Shown here: one piece after another, positions 52,588-64,000 of the stretch | Position numbering within the stretch: position 1 is the first letter of the stretch | Layout: each line of letters opens with the position of its first letter | Assembly (NCBI GenBank): GCA_002189035.1 | Contig: NEEC01000016.1 | Location: 310,001 to 374,000 of the forward strand | Reading direction: 5' to 3' | Length of the DNA: 64,000 nucleotides | Origin: Utricularia gibba | Lineage: Eukaryota > Plantae > Magnoliophyta | Translations under genes and position numbers: made by a program | The notes under the pieces: generated by a model | The model's input: the letters and a program-made list of their open reading frames with translations, nothing else | Databases searched by the model: none | Told to the model about the DNA's origin: nothing

Positions 52588-54311
52588 CAAAACTGCTTTC
52601 ATAAAAATACTCAGTCACATCTCCACCAAAAAAACAAAATAAATCATAACCCACCTCTCCCGGCTTTAGAAAATAAATGCTCAGGATTCAGCAAGCAATC
52701 GATCAATTAAAGCAAAACCCGGGTTCCCCTTCTGGGTAGCCTCAACAAGAAGACCCCTTCAAACTTAAAGGCATTACCCGTGAAACATAAAAGCATTACC
52801 GATTTACAAGTAGTGCGACTATTCTCCCAGCTTAAAGCAGTATGAAATGAACCGGAAAGTGTCACTTTGTGCAGACGTGCGTGAAATAGAGTAAAGAAGG
52901 GGTGGTTGGTAGTGCTCCTTGATGAATGCGGAGAACCCAGCAATGAATTATTTGTGAAGTATGGCCTCCAGGGCACCCCACAAAGAGAAAGCTCTGTATT
53001 TTCCGGATTTTCATCTTTTTTGACTTGTATCCCGCATTCAATGGAGAGTAGCCCAGCATTACTCAATCATCTGAAAACCATGATCCGCATTCATTCAGCA
53101 CACAAATTCAATAATGGGCCTCAACTCAATCCCCATTATTCTGCCGCTAGTACGTAATCATCTCTTGAATGAAGATGCTTCTGCTAATAATTCTGTTTGC
53201 TCCTCTCTTACAATAGTGCGAAATAATGACTGCAGCCATCAAAAAAAACTGTGCTTGCAACAAGTAATGGCGTTTGTATTATAAAATCCAAAGGGATTGA
53301 AGATGGTGGTCCTTTGTCCAAACCCAACAACTTAAATAATTGTTTTGAGAAAGAGTTGGTAAGAAATGTCCTTATCCCCTCACCTGCAATGAAATGTTGA
53401 CATTGAAGTCCCAAAGCCAAGATGGGGATGAGACTGAAACCACAAGTGGGTATGATTTGATTTGATTGCTCACGCACTCGCTCGCTCAACACCGCGACGC
53501 CTCCTTGTCAGAAATTAACACCATGGCATTCCCCGCCATAAGCGTAGTACTTGAGAGAGAGAGGGAGACATGCGTGGATGATGTCAGGTGATTATTAATT
53601 AATTATTTGATTCATGACTGCCATTGCTCCTCCCTCTTTGAGTTATGAATGGAATTCAATGGTGATGCTCACTTTTCAACTACCCAAATTCAAGAAGATG
53701 AAGAAGAAGAAGAAGAAGCAGGCGGAGGAGGCGCAGCCGCAGCAGCACCAGACCCACTGTCGGTGGTTCGGTATCTGTGGTGCTGATTGCTACTCTACTC
53801 TGAGAGGTCCCGTTCAGCCGTAAATGGCGAGTGGTTGCCTCTTCATTAACCTCTATCTTGCTTCCTTATTAAATAAATAATATACCTCAATTATTTACAA
53901 CGTTTATAAAATAATTTAACTAATATAATATTATATATATCTTTTATCATCAAAATTTTTTATATAGTCTATTCAATTATACCAGCTTAGATTATCAAAT
54001 ATATTAATATATATCAATACATACATATTCATAAACGTAAACATGAATCTGCCAAACACAATATTAATACTATCATATGTACACTGGTTTCTTCATTGTC
54101 CTTAGAAACCAATTTTCAAAGGCTGGAGACAGTGTTCTGGGAAAAAAGAAACAGAGTGAAGGATCTGGTTTGAGCATGTTGCTGATTTAAATAGAATGGG
54201 CATACCTGGCATTTGATTGTGAGGGTTGGGATGAACCCTCCATAGTGTTTTCAAAAGAAGATCCTACACATTACTACCAGAGACACCTGATGGCACTGAA
54301 ACATGTAGTAG

Positions 54312-55969
54312 TTACTTTGTCTTTGATCGTCGCTTCTCGAGTTTCCTTCGGGTAGCTTCAAATTCTTCTTCACTGGGTTCTGGGGCAGCTTCATCGCCTC
54401 CATATCTCTGAACAAGTGATGAGAACATGGAATCAATCTTCCCTTTTCTGTCTGTTTGTCGTTTGGATATTATGGCATAGAGATCAGAGGAGCTGCTGCC
54501 GTTTAATCTGCGTTTAGAAGGAAGGGGGCTCATTTGTTTAGTGATGAGAAGGGTAGGCATGAAGGGGGGGCACATCTTACTTCTTTCTCTGTCTCAGTGG
54601 ACTCGTAGGAGGCTTGCTTTTTGAAACCCTTTTGGCCCATTTCTCATAACTCTTCGTTTGCTTCAACTCTCCTGCAAGATCAAAGTAAGACATAAGAAAC
54701 AAAAGGACATACTCCAGCATGGGGGATGGGATAGTTATGCCTCCTTCCACCATTGGATGCACAGGACACAAAAAAAGATAGACGCAAGGATATTTTACCT
54801 GCAGAAATGGCCTCATCAATCATATCCTTGAAACGGTGAGAATCCAGGACAGGATCAGAGCATATCATACAGCAAAAGAGCCTGAAGTAGAGTCGGAGAC
54901 ATGAAAGAACGAGTGATTAAGCTTTGGTGTCTAGGAAAATGAAACAGTTATCAAATACCTGTCCATGTTTCCGTTGCATTTCTTGTAAAGCTCAAGCAAG
55001 TCTTTTTTCTCTGAATCGGAGCCTCTGTAATTTGCTTCAAACTCCTCAATATCAGCCTCAGAGATCTGGAAAACGCAATCATCACACGAATGATATGGTC
55101 ACAGAACAGAACAAGCACCAAGGTACACCGGAAAGCTCCCATGTGTAGAAGAAGAAAAACCTTCTTATACAAAGTTCTGAAAAATCTCTGCAGATTTTGG
55201 ATGGCATCGCCCGCCAGATCCTATCAATCAAACATGATGATTGTAGTTTAGGATACATCGAAGGAAACCATCTACATTAAGAACACCCACATTTGCTCAT
55301 ATGAACTGAAGTGTGTGAGATTAGAAACCCACAAGGGTTCATAAACTGTGATGAAAGATGCATCTTTGAAAACCTCAATATAAACATAGTTATGTAAAAA
55401 GGAATTACAGCATCATCAACACAGCCAGTTTGATCATAGACAGCCCTCTTCTCCTCATCGCCAAGAATTGAGATAACCTTTTGAAGATTCTGAAATTTTT
55501 CCTTAGCCTCCTACACAAACATCACATCAAAATAAAAACTTTCCGTGAGACAAACCGAGGCCAACAATAGCAAAGCAGCCTTGATATGCCTCCTTAACAT
55601 GATATGATGCAGATAAAAATTCACCTCGTCATTGGGATTTTTATCAGGATGCAGGCGCAGGGCCAATTTGTGATATGCTTTCTTTATCTCTTGCTGCGAT
55701 GCAGTGCTTTCCACCCCAAGAACCTAGCACGCAACGCTCAACTTACATCAGATTGATACACCCATTGGAAAATAAGCCTTTCCAGCGACCCCCTAAAATG
55801 ATCAAAGCCCAGGTAGCATAATAGAAAGCTAAAGATACTAAACCTGATACAAGTCAGTGTCACTCGAACGGGGAGATTTCACTTTCCCATCCTGGTTTTC
55901 ATTCATCTCCGCATCATCGTCCTCCAAATTTTCTTCAGAAACACTAGCGTTCTTCTTCCGCTTCCCCAT
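54312..55969 (-). CDS. DnaJ/Hsp40 type C chaperone (ATJ6-like), 8 exons
   Basis: DLYQ|[22 protein letters not shown] (J domain with HPD), [18 protein letters not shown] and [10 protein letters not shown]. Junctions are in frame. Confidence 0.92.
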
Positions 55970-56829
55970 TCTAAGAACAACAAAAAGCGCTGCAACTGAG
56001 AATTCGCGGTATTACACGTCCCCGCTCAGGGTTTTCGGAACCGACGACCTCCCTTTAATTCCCGCCATACCGCCCCCCAAATCTCCCAATTTCCCACTAC
56101 ACCACAGTACGGATCAAAACCTAAGATTGGGCCTAGAAAATCAAGAACGGGCCCAGCTCGCTTTTCTAAAATTGGGGTTTAATATTCATAATAATATTGC
56201 TAATAAAAATATAATTTTTATTCATTTCAACATGGTGTACGGATTAGGTGAAAAAAATAAATTTCAGTTATGATAAAAACATTAAATACAATTATAAAAA
56301 AATTGTTAACCGAATAAAACATTAGTTCAATTTTAGAATGAGTATTAAAACAAATAATATACAATTTAAAAATGAACTAATTAAATATATAAAAAATATA
56401 AATCATTAATAATTACGATCAATTAATTTTTTTAATATAATTAACGTTTATTATATAATTAGATTTCACGCATAATTAAGTATACATAAAATGCTTAATT
56501 TCGAAAAATAGTAGGCATTTCATTATTATAAAGTCATATTCGGGGTACATATCATCTCAATGCAGGTGCAACATCGATAAGTAGAAATCACTCATTAGTA
56601 CTCAGGGATTACTGCTGCTCCGCCGGGGGTGCCGGTGGCGGTGACTCTGCTCGTCTCCGGGAGGCGTAGCAGATGGAGCTGATCCACTGCAGTAGAGTCA
56701 CATAAGCCGCATAGAGGAGGGGCTGCCCCCATCGTTGCCGGTCCCCCGGAGGGTGGTCGTGGAAAGGCGAGTCTCAGACTCTATCATCTATATACAAATC
56801 TAGCTGCTCCCACATTCCATATCCTCCGT

Positions 56830-59293
56830 TCATAGCTCCATTTTCAAGTGTCGAGAAGCTGCGCAGCCGCCGGGGTTAACGAATGAAGGCCTGAGAAAAC
56901 GGGTAACCGATGGCGCGGGCTTACCGGAGTTCGAGGGAGAGCCGTAGCGTGGAAGTGGGTTCTCTGTTGCAGCTACGAAGTTGGCAGCAGGGTGTTGATG
57001 TTGCACGTCGAACTGCAATGGCTGCTGGTACTGATGTTGCCGGAGAAGATTCATCTGGTGATCAGGCCAGACGGGTGGAGCAAACAGCGCCGGGTGGACG
57101 GTGTCGATCGGAGCTCCGCTCTGGGGGATCACAAGAACCACATTCAGATTGTGGGCGACTACTGCTGCATCAAAAGAAAGTAGAATTGAAGACGGACCTC
57201 GGCGGCGAGGAGGCAGTCCAGGTTGAAATCAACTCTTGGATCCACAGCAGCAAGCCTCATGGATAAAAACTGCAGCCATGGGAATGGAGATAAGCTCCCA
57301 TATGATTTTCTCATGATCACAACATCATATCAAAGCTCCACCACAGAGAAAATATACATGACACAGAGGCATTTATTACCACATTCAAACCAAATGAAAG
57401 AAACAACAACCAGGTGAAGAGAAGAGAAAGGGAGGGATGGGGTCTAGTCAAAGCGTCAAACCTCCACTTGGCGCTGCAGTGCCTGTACATGATTTATTAT
57501 TTCATCCAAAACCAAGGCGGTACCCGAGATCTGCAAGGGAAGGGGAAACAGAAAAAGGGAAATGTTATCTCTACATTTTCCTGCATCTGCTTCAACAGTC
57601 CGTGACTAGCATTCACTATTTCCAAGCAAGAAAAAACAACCATGGAACAAGGAAATGTTCTTAGATGGATCAGAGAATTGAACCACGAGCCCACTGACTA
57701 CTATAATAAGTAATATAACACAGACACCAGCGAGTGAACTGTGAAGTTACTTCAGAGCCAGGTCCTACAGCCGAATTCTTTTTAGAAACATCCATTAAAT
57801 TGTACAACTGCCAACAGACCTAAAAAAAGGACCAATATTTTTCACCCTCTTCCCGTATTTTACTCCTGGTAAAACCAGCTGCAGCCACTTTTTAAAAAAC
57901 AGTTGTTTTTTTGAAACATGAGAAGCCTTTTTCCATTCGAATGAATGTCTTCAGTACATTTGACCTTGCCGGGTGTTAACCATATTCTATAAGCCTTGTA
58001 ATTCTGATAGCATTTCCCACATCTGTGATTTCAATCTAAGACAACAAGCACATACACAAAGCCACCATCGAAAAGAAAAACTTTTTAAATGTTCAACAGA
58101 GAAACCAGAGGATTTTTTTTAAGGTCCAAGAGAAGCAAGGCACCCACCATCGAAAAGACAAACTTTTTTCAGCATTAAACTGAGAAGATTAGAAGGGACA
58201 GTTAACAGACAAACGGAAAAGGCGTCTACGTGTGAAGAATTAGGAGGGAGAGTGACGCTTCACCAGCCTGCCACTTTTCTTGGTGCAAAGCCATCAGCTT
58301 TTTCACGGTTTCCCACAACAAATAAAAGGTTGACACCGACTCTTTGTAATAAAAATCTTTTCCTACCTAATTAAAATAAATATTGTCAAGAAATGATAAG
58401 TCACAAAAACGACAGCGTCTGACAGCTGACCTTGTTACATCCTGGGACCAGCTCCTGTAATAGCTTCATCCGAGCATTGATCTTCTCTCTCCTTGCCTGT
58501 GCACAGAGATTGACACATTACCGGTCTTCACTTTCTAAGGAGATGGGGTTAAAGGGTGTCATTAGCTACTAATTGTGAGGGATTAGGATTAGAGAATGTA
58601 CTCTTTCGGCTAAGCTATGGCTATCGGTAGCTTGCCCACGGCGAGCTCTCACATGAACGTACGGCAGCTTCTCGCCACTGCCGGCTTCGTTCTCTCCTGG
58701 TTTGTTCTTTTTGATCGATTCTTTCGCCTGAAAGAAAGGGAACTTTGTTTACTCAAATCTGGGGAGATGGAGGGAAGGAAAAAAATGACATCATGAAACA
58801 CTTGAGTTAAAACTCTTTGAAGTTTGCCACCGCAGAGCAGGGGCCTTTGAACACTCACCTGTTTCTCTCGGTGCTTCCGCTTTGTGGGGTTCAAACTCTG
58901 GGTTGAAACCGCAGGGGATGACGAATTGGGCCAGGAGTTGGAATCCAGAGGCTCGTGCTTCACCATTTCGACTTTCCTGGAACCTAGAGCAGAGAGCATC
59001 GTGGTGCTCTCCAATGGAGCATCAGCAGACGCGAATACGGAGAACTTGGAGGCGTGGTCTAAGAGGGAGGCATTTGATGGGAAAAACGGCAGCGGAACAG
59101 ATTCGTTGGTGAAATCCTCCTTGACTAGAAGTTCCACAGCTTGCGGAGGAGGAAGCCCGAGCAGCGCCGTGAACGAGCTGTTGTCCGTCTCCGGTGGACC
59201 CCCAATTAGGCCCTGAATTTCGTCAAGTCCTAGCCCGAACCCCATTTCACCCTGCTTCACCCCAAACCTCCCCTCACTCTCCGGTTCCTCCAT
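56830..59293 (-). CDS. bHLH48/bHLH60-like transcription factor, about 7 exons
   Basis: [78 protein letters not shown] and terminal LKMEL*. Confidence 0.92.
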
Positions 59294-62064
59294 AACACAA
59301 TCCACACCACCACTTCAAGATTCCGACCAATTACAACAACTAATCCACAGATTCACACTTCCGCCTTACCAATACAACCCAGCATTCACAAGATTCCACC
59401 GGCAATCGCCACAAAACGTACCCCGCTCCTCAAAACACCCCCATTCGCAGCATTCCAAGAAACCCGAGATTCCAAAGACGCCAACAAGAGAACACCCTCC
59501 TCCCTTCTCCTCTCTCTACAGTGATCGGTGAGTGCAAAAATGGAATCGCCATTTTTTCCGATATATGAGAAATGGCAGAAAACACAAACAGTACATTGAC
59601 AGCGACATCAGCTGTTCGGTCCCTACTCTCTTCACCAGCTCTTCATTATTTAATCCTTCTCCACAACATCCTCCTCCTCATTTTTATTTAATTCAATTAA
59701 ATTCTTATTTTTTTTATTGCGGGCATCTTGACCCAATTCCACCATTTTTAATATAATATTAATATCCATTAATTCTAAAACAAACTTTTGGGATAGTTTT
59801 CTTTTTCTAATTATATTCAAACCATATGTTATAATCTATTATAAAATATGACTACACCTCTTATTTCAAATATACAAAATTTAAAATTATAAAAATATCA
59901 AATTGGTGTAGAATATAATTAAAAAAGCTAATCAAGTTCATAATGTAAGAATGAAACTTTTCATGCTTAATTTTTTGAAATATTTGTATTTTTTTTAATT
60001 TTTAAATTAAATCAATAGTGATTTAAATTATCAAAAATACTGTGAAATTTTTGTATAAACATGAACTGTGACTCATTCGTGATTAAATCGTTCATTTTTT
60101 TTTATCAAATCTTCATAAACTCATTTAAAAAATGATTACCCGTATAATCTCTGCATTAAAATTCTTACAATACGATTTACATTTTCATCACACACTGAAA
60201 AACATTTCTAATAGACTCTCATTATCGAATTATGATTTTTTTTATTTTAAAATAATTTAAATTTAACACAATTGATATTATCAGCGATTCACGATTCAAC
60301 CGTCATTTAACTTGGTTTTTAAAACATTGGATTTAACTACTAATAAGAATTTTATTCTTATTTAATAATAAAAACATCTTATTTTCACTAATTTCTGGAT
60401 AATATAATAATAAGCAGTACTCTTTGTTTTTGTAAATGTATTATTACATTTCTGTTGCGAAACTAATGTTCTTACTCTTTTTCGATCGGCCTAATGTTCG
60501 AACTCGAGTGCGCTAGCGAATTATTGGGTCGAAAATACATGCACATTTCCAAAAATGGAATATGTTCATTATTCTCTTCGATGCACTGGTAGTGCTACTT
60601 CCATACCCAATAAAGTAATAGACATTATTATTATTTTTATTATTGTAAAATCATTTATAAATTGATGGCTTTTATTTTCAATTACATTAGAAATATATTT
60701 GTAATGAGGTTAAGAGTAAATAACATGGAAAAACAAAATGGATTATTTGCGTCGACAAATAACGTAAGTTGTGTAAGACATTCGTAGTACTTGGGATGGT
60801 CCAAAAACCTAATGGGCCATCATGGCCTGACCCGCGGTGTCCCGCTATGTGGGGCCCATTCCCTGCATCTACTAATTACGTGTTTACCCCTGTCCAATTA
60901 AATTGCATTATCCAGCACACAAAACGCAATAAATAGGCCAATAATTCCAAGATACAGAATTATTCGATATTTTTTTTTATTTCTAGAAAAAAGATAAAGC
61001 AGAATCTCATGGATGGAGCTCCTCCCACGTAGATACAGATGCATCAAATTTTGAAAACTAATTATACCTGATACGCAAAATTTTGAGGATTGATTTTATC
61101 AACGAGTACGAAATATGTACTTTATATTAAAAATTAATGGCTAATTTTACCATAATTAATCAATTGGCGTTCAGTCGATAATACGTAGATAAATATTGTG
61201 AGGAATGAAATATTTAAGTCAATAATACGACGCCGTTTTGACAGCATGAATTCAAAGGGGAAGAGGAGGCCCATGAGCCGCAGACAGAGTAGAAACAAGA
61301 TGCCATTACAGCCCATCTCGTGTCGGATCTTGATGCTGTCTTTGTCGCGAGGGCCCAATGCTTTGAAATTAATGCAAAATAATCATTACAAATAACTTAA
61401 TTTCTAAAATGGAATATTTATTTACTTTTAAAATAGAAAAGTACCTTATATTTAATACTCATTGAATGTAATTATATAATGTCCTCCCGTCACGTCAAAT
61501 GGGACCAACTAAAATTTAATATAAATTATGTGTGTTGTACTGAATAATTTTATAATATATGATTAATAAAAAAAAGTCGATGGATCTGAAATATACTTCC
61601 TATAAGTATTATTTTTTAGAATAAAAGAATCATTTATATATAGAATAAATATAATTTTATATTTTTAATATCGTAAAAAAGTAAATTAATTAATTAAACA
61701 TGAAAAAAGTATTTATTTTTATTACAAATGCTTATCATATTGATGAAGGGTAATCTTGTCATTTGAGTCTTGAACAAGGTTAATAGTCTTCCCGCACTTG
61801 CCGTTGCTCCCCCTCCCGCCAATATCCAAATGAAGCAGAATCCCCTTTTTCTTGATCAGAAGCAAACCCTAATTCGATCCTCTCCGATCAAAAAAAAAAA
61901 AAAATTCGCCATAGGTTTTTTTTTTCTTTGGTACGTTTGTTCCCTCAAAATCTACGGCATTGTGCAGCAGTGCCATTGTTGTGATTGAGGTGATGAGAAT
62001 GCTCATGTTATGCGCAAGTTGGTGATCTTTCGGAGAAATTCGATTCGGATCGGATGCTCCGAAG

Positions 62065-62979
62065 ATGTCGAAGGTATACGGGGGGGAGATTGATTATGTT
62101 TTCAAAATCGTGTTGATCGGAGATTCGGCAGTGGGGAAATCACAGTTGCTCGCTAGATTTGCTAGGAATGAATTCAATTTGGAATCCAAAGCCACCATCG
62201 GGGTCGAGTTCCAAACCAAGACACTCATCATCCATCAGAAGACTGTCAAGGCACAGATATGGGACACCGCCGGCCAGGAAAGGTTCTGATTCATATTCAA
62301 TTTACATCTTCTTCTATGAAAAGCACTTACATCACCTCAAGTATTTGTCTTCTGCGATTCACTCGTCTTATAAATCCAACTCTGCACATGCCTGGCTTCC
62401 CAGACTTGGATTCTGTCACTTTTGCATTAGCTCTGTTCGTGCTTTACTGTAATAGTCATCGAAGAAGATACTGGCAACTTCCCAGATATCTCATCCCAAG
62501 TGAGCTCCAAATGGACACCCTGTGTTGTTGTTGTGATAGGTACCGGGCCGTGACGAGCGCATACTACAGGGGTGCAGTGGGTGCGATGCTGGTATACGAC
62601 ATGTCGAAGCGCCAATCTTTCGACCACATGGGACGATGGCTGGAGGAGCTGCGAGGGCACGCCGATAAGAACATCGCGGTGATGCTGATTGGGAACAAGT
62701 GTGACTTAGGGACTCTGCGAGCGGTTCCCATGGAGGATGCGCAGGATCTTGCTGAAAGGGAGAAGCTCTACTTCACAGAGACGTCGGCCCTCGAGTCGAC
62801 GAACGTGGAGACAGCCTTCATTAGTGTCCTCACTGAGATATATCGGATCATGAGCAAGAAGAGCCTCTCTGGGAGCGATGCCCTACAGGAAGCCCTCCAC
62901 TTCTTTCAAGGGCACTGCCATCATCGTCCCTTGACAAGAAATGGAGAGTAAGGCGAAGAGTGGATGCTGTTTCTTTTGA
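62065..62979 (+). CDS. RABA4d: Rab11/RABA4 GTPase (RABA4d-like), 2 exons; C-terminal tail disrupted
   Basis: [22 protein letters not shown]|[16 protein letters not shown] and ETSAL. Intron 62283-62539. The GCCFF* tail lies in another frame, behind a TGA. Confidence 0.88.
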
Positions 62980-62983
62980 AGGG

Positions 62984-63015
62984 TCTTCTTCTTCTTCTTC
63001 TTCTTCTTCTTCTTC
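62984..63015. repeat. (TCT)n microsatellite just after the RABA4 stop
   Basis: Read directly from the sequence. Confidence 0.95.
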
Positions 63016-64000
63016 TTTTTCTACTTATCCCAGATTTGCAGAGGCTTTAATGCGTTTTGCAACCTCCACTCATGTATCATATATTCATTCAGCTTAGAAA
63101 AGAACACCAGACTATCTTATGGCCGCAGATAGCATATATCGTTTGGGCCTAGTAGTGGATCCGCGCCCATTAACAATGAGCCCATAAGGCCCATTCGGAG
63201 GGCGGATCGAATTTTTATTTTATTCTTTAATTGGTAATATTTATGTTTTGTAGAAATATCTTTTTTTATATTCAATTACTAATTTATATTTAATTATAAT
63301 TGTTGTAATAATTTTTTCGAACAATATTCTTATTATATTGATGGGGTACAAATCCTATTTTCGCACTTAACATATATGATATTATTTATTTCATATATCC
63401 AATTCTCATAATATTATATTTCTATCAAAATATCTCGTACAACATATATTATATCTATATTCCATACGATGTGAGATTCGTCTACAATATTTATACCTAT
63501 TTACACCTTCTATTGGGCAGGGCACTTCCGCAAGATAAAATACAAATGATCACAAAAATAGTATGATATTACAATGTTGCTAGTAGAGCCTGCAACGAAT
63601 TTTCTCGAATAAAGAAACGAACAATCTAATGAGGAGTCGACACGTCATCGCATCATCATTTGCCTACCCAATTAGTTTGACTTTTTACCCATCACGCATG
63701 CGAAGGCTACCACCACCCACACCCCTACTGGTAACTTTTGGAAATCAACTCAATTTGTACCATGGAAACTAACACGTTGGTGCAATGGCGTTACGGGATT
63801 ATCTATTTTTATTTAATTTTCATTTCATAGTATATGAAAAATCGATATGTGTATAAGTTATTCTCTTCATTATTTGAAACGCAAAAGAAGAGATGTAATA
63901 CGAGGAATTCCAATAGAGTCACCCATCCTATTATTACTTTCGTATAGTTAAGTCTCACTTTAAAATTTAGATGAGATCTATTGTATTAGTGCTGGTATGA

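Noticed and set aside
1-64000. tRNA, rRNA, conserved miRNA or CRISPR loci; a biosynthetic gene cluster
   Set aside because: I saw no matches to the conserved RNA sequences I recall. The neighbouring genes are functionally unrelated and better explained by ancestral synteny, and this includes the SPX and iron-bHLH proximity.

Overview
This is gene-dense plant nuclear DNA, most likely eudicot, with short introns and AT-rich spacers. It holds about 20 spliced or single-exon protein genes. In order: PPR-DYW editing factor, truncated complex I B14.5a-like fragment, AFP/NINJA, CRR7, CRCK3-like kinase, CUE-domain protein, AIM24-like protein, ABCG32, SPX1/2 (two P1BS sites upstream), DPE2, R3H/SUZ protein, clade-Ib iron bHLH, BOP, BCH/GDAP2-like protein, APO2, a small uncharacterised protein, an AG peptide, NEK6/7-clade kinase, DnaJ6-like protein, bHLH48/60 and RABA4d-like GTPase. 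I found no RNA genes, CRISPR arrays or autonomous transposons, only MITE-like remnants and SSRs. Nine frameshifts are each repaired by adding one base to a homopolymer run, which points to long-read consensus errors rather than mass pseudogenisation. I see no new multi-gene system. The best leads are a NEK kinase whose catalytic HRD reads HGN, a CRCK3 that seems to have lost its TM segment and restarts at a Cys-rich N-terminus, an AT-AC (U12) intron and putative GC-AG introns in DPE2, a possible GUG start in the AG peptide, and a Rab whose prenylation tail is disconnected. Gene models were assembled by eye and family calls rest on recalled sequences; no database search was run.
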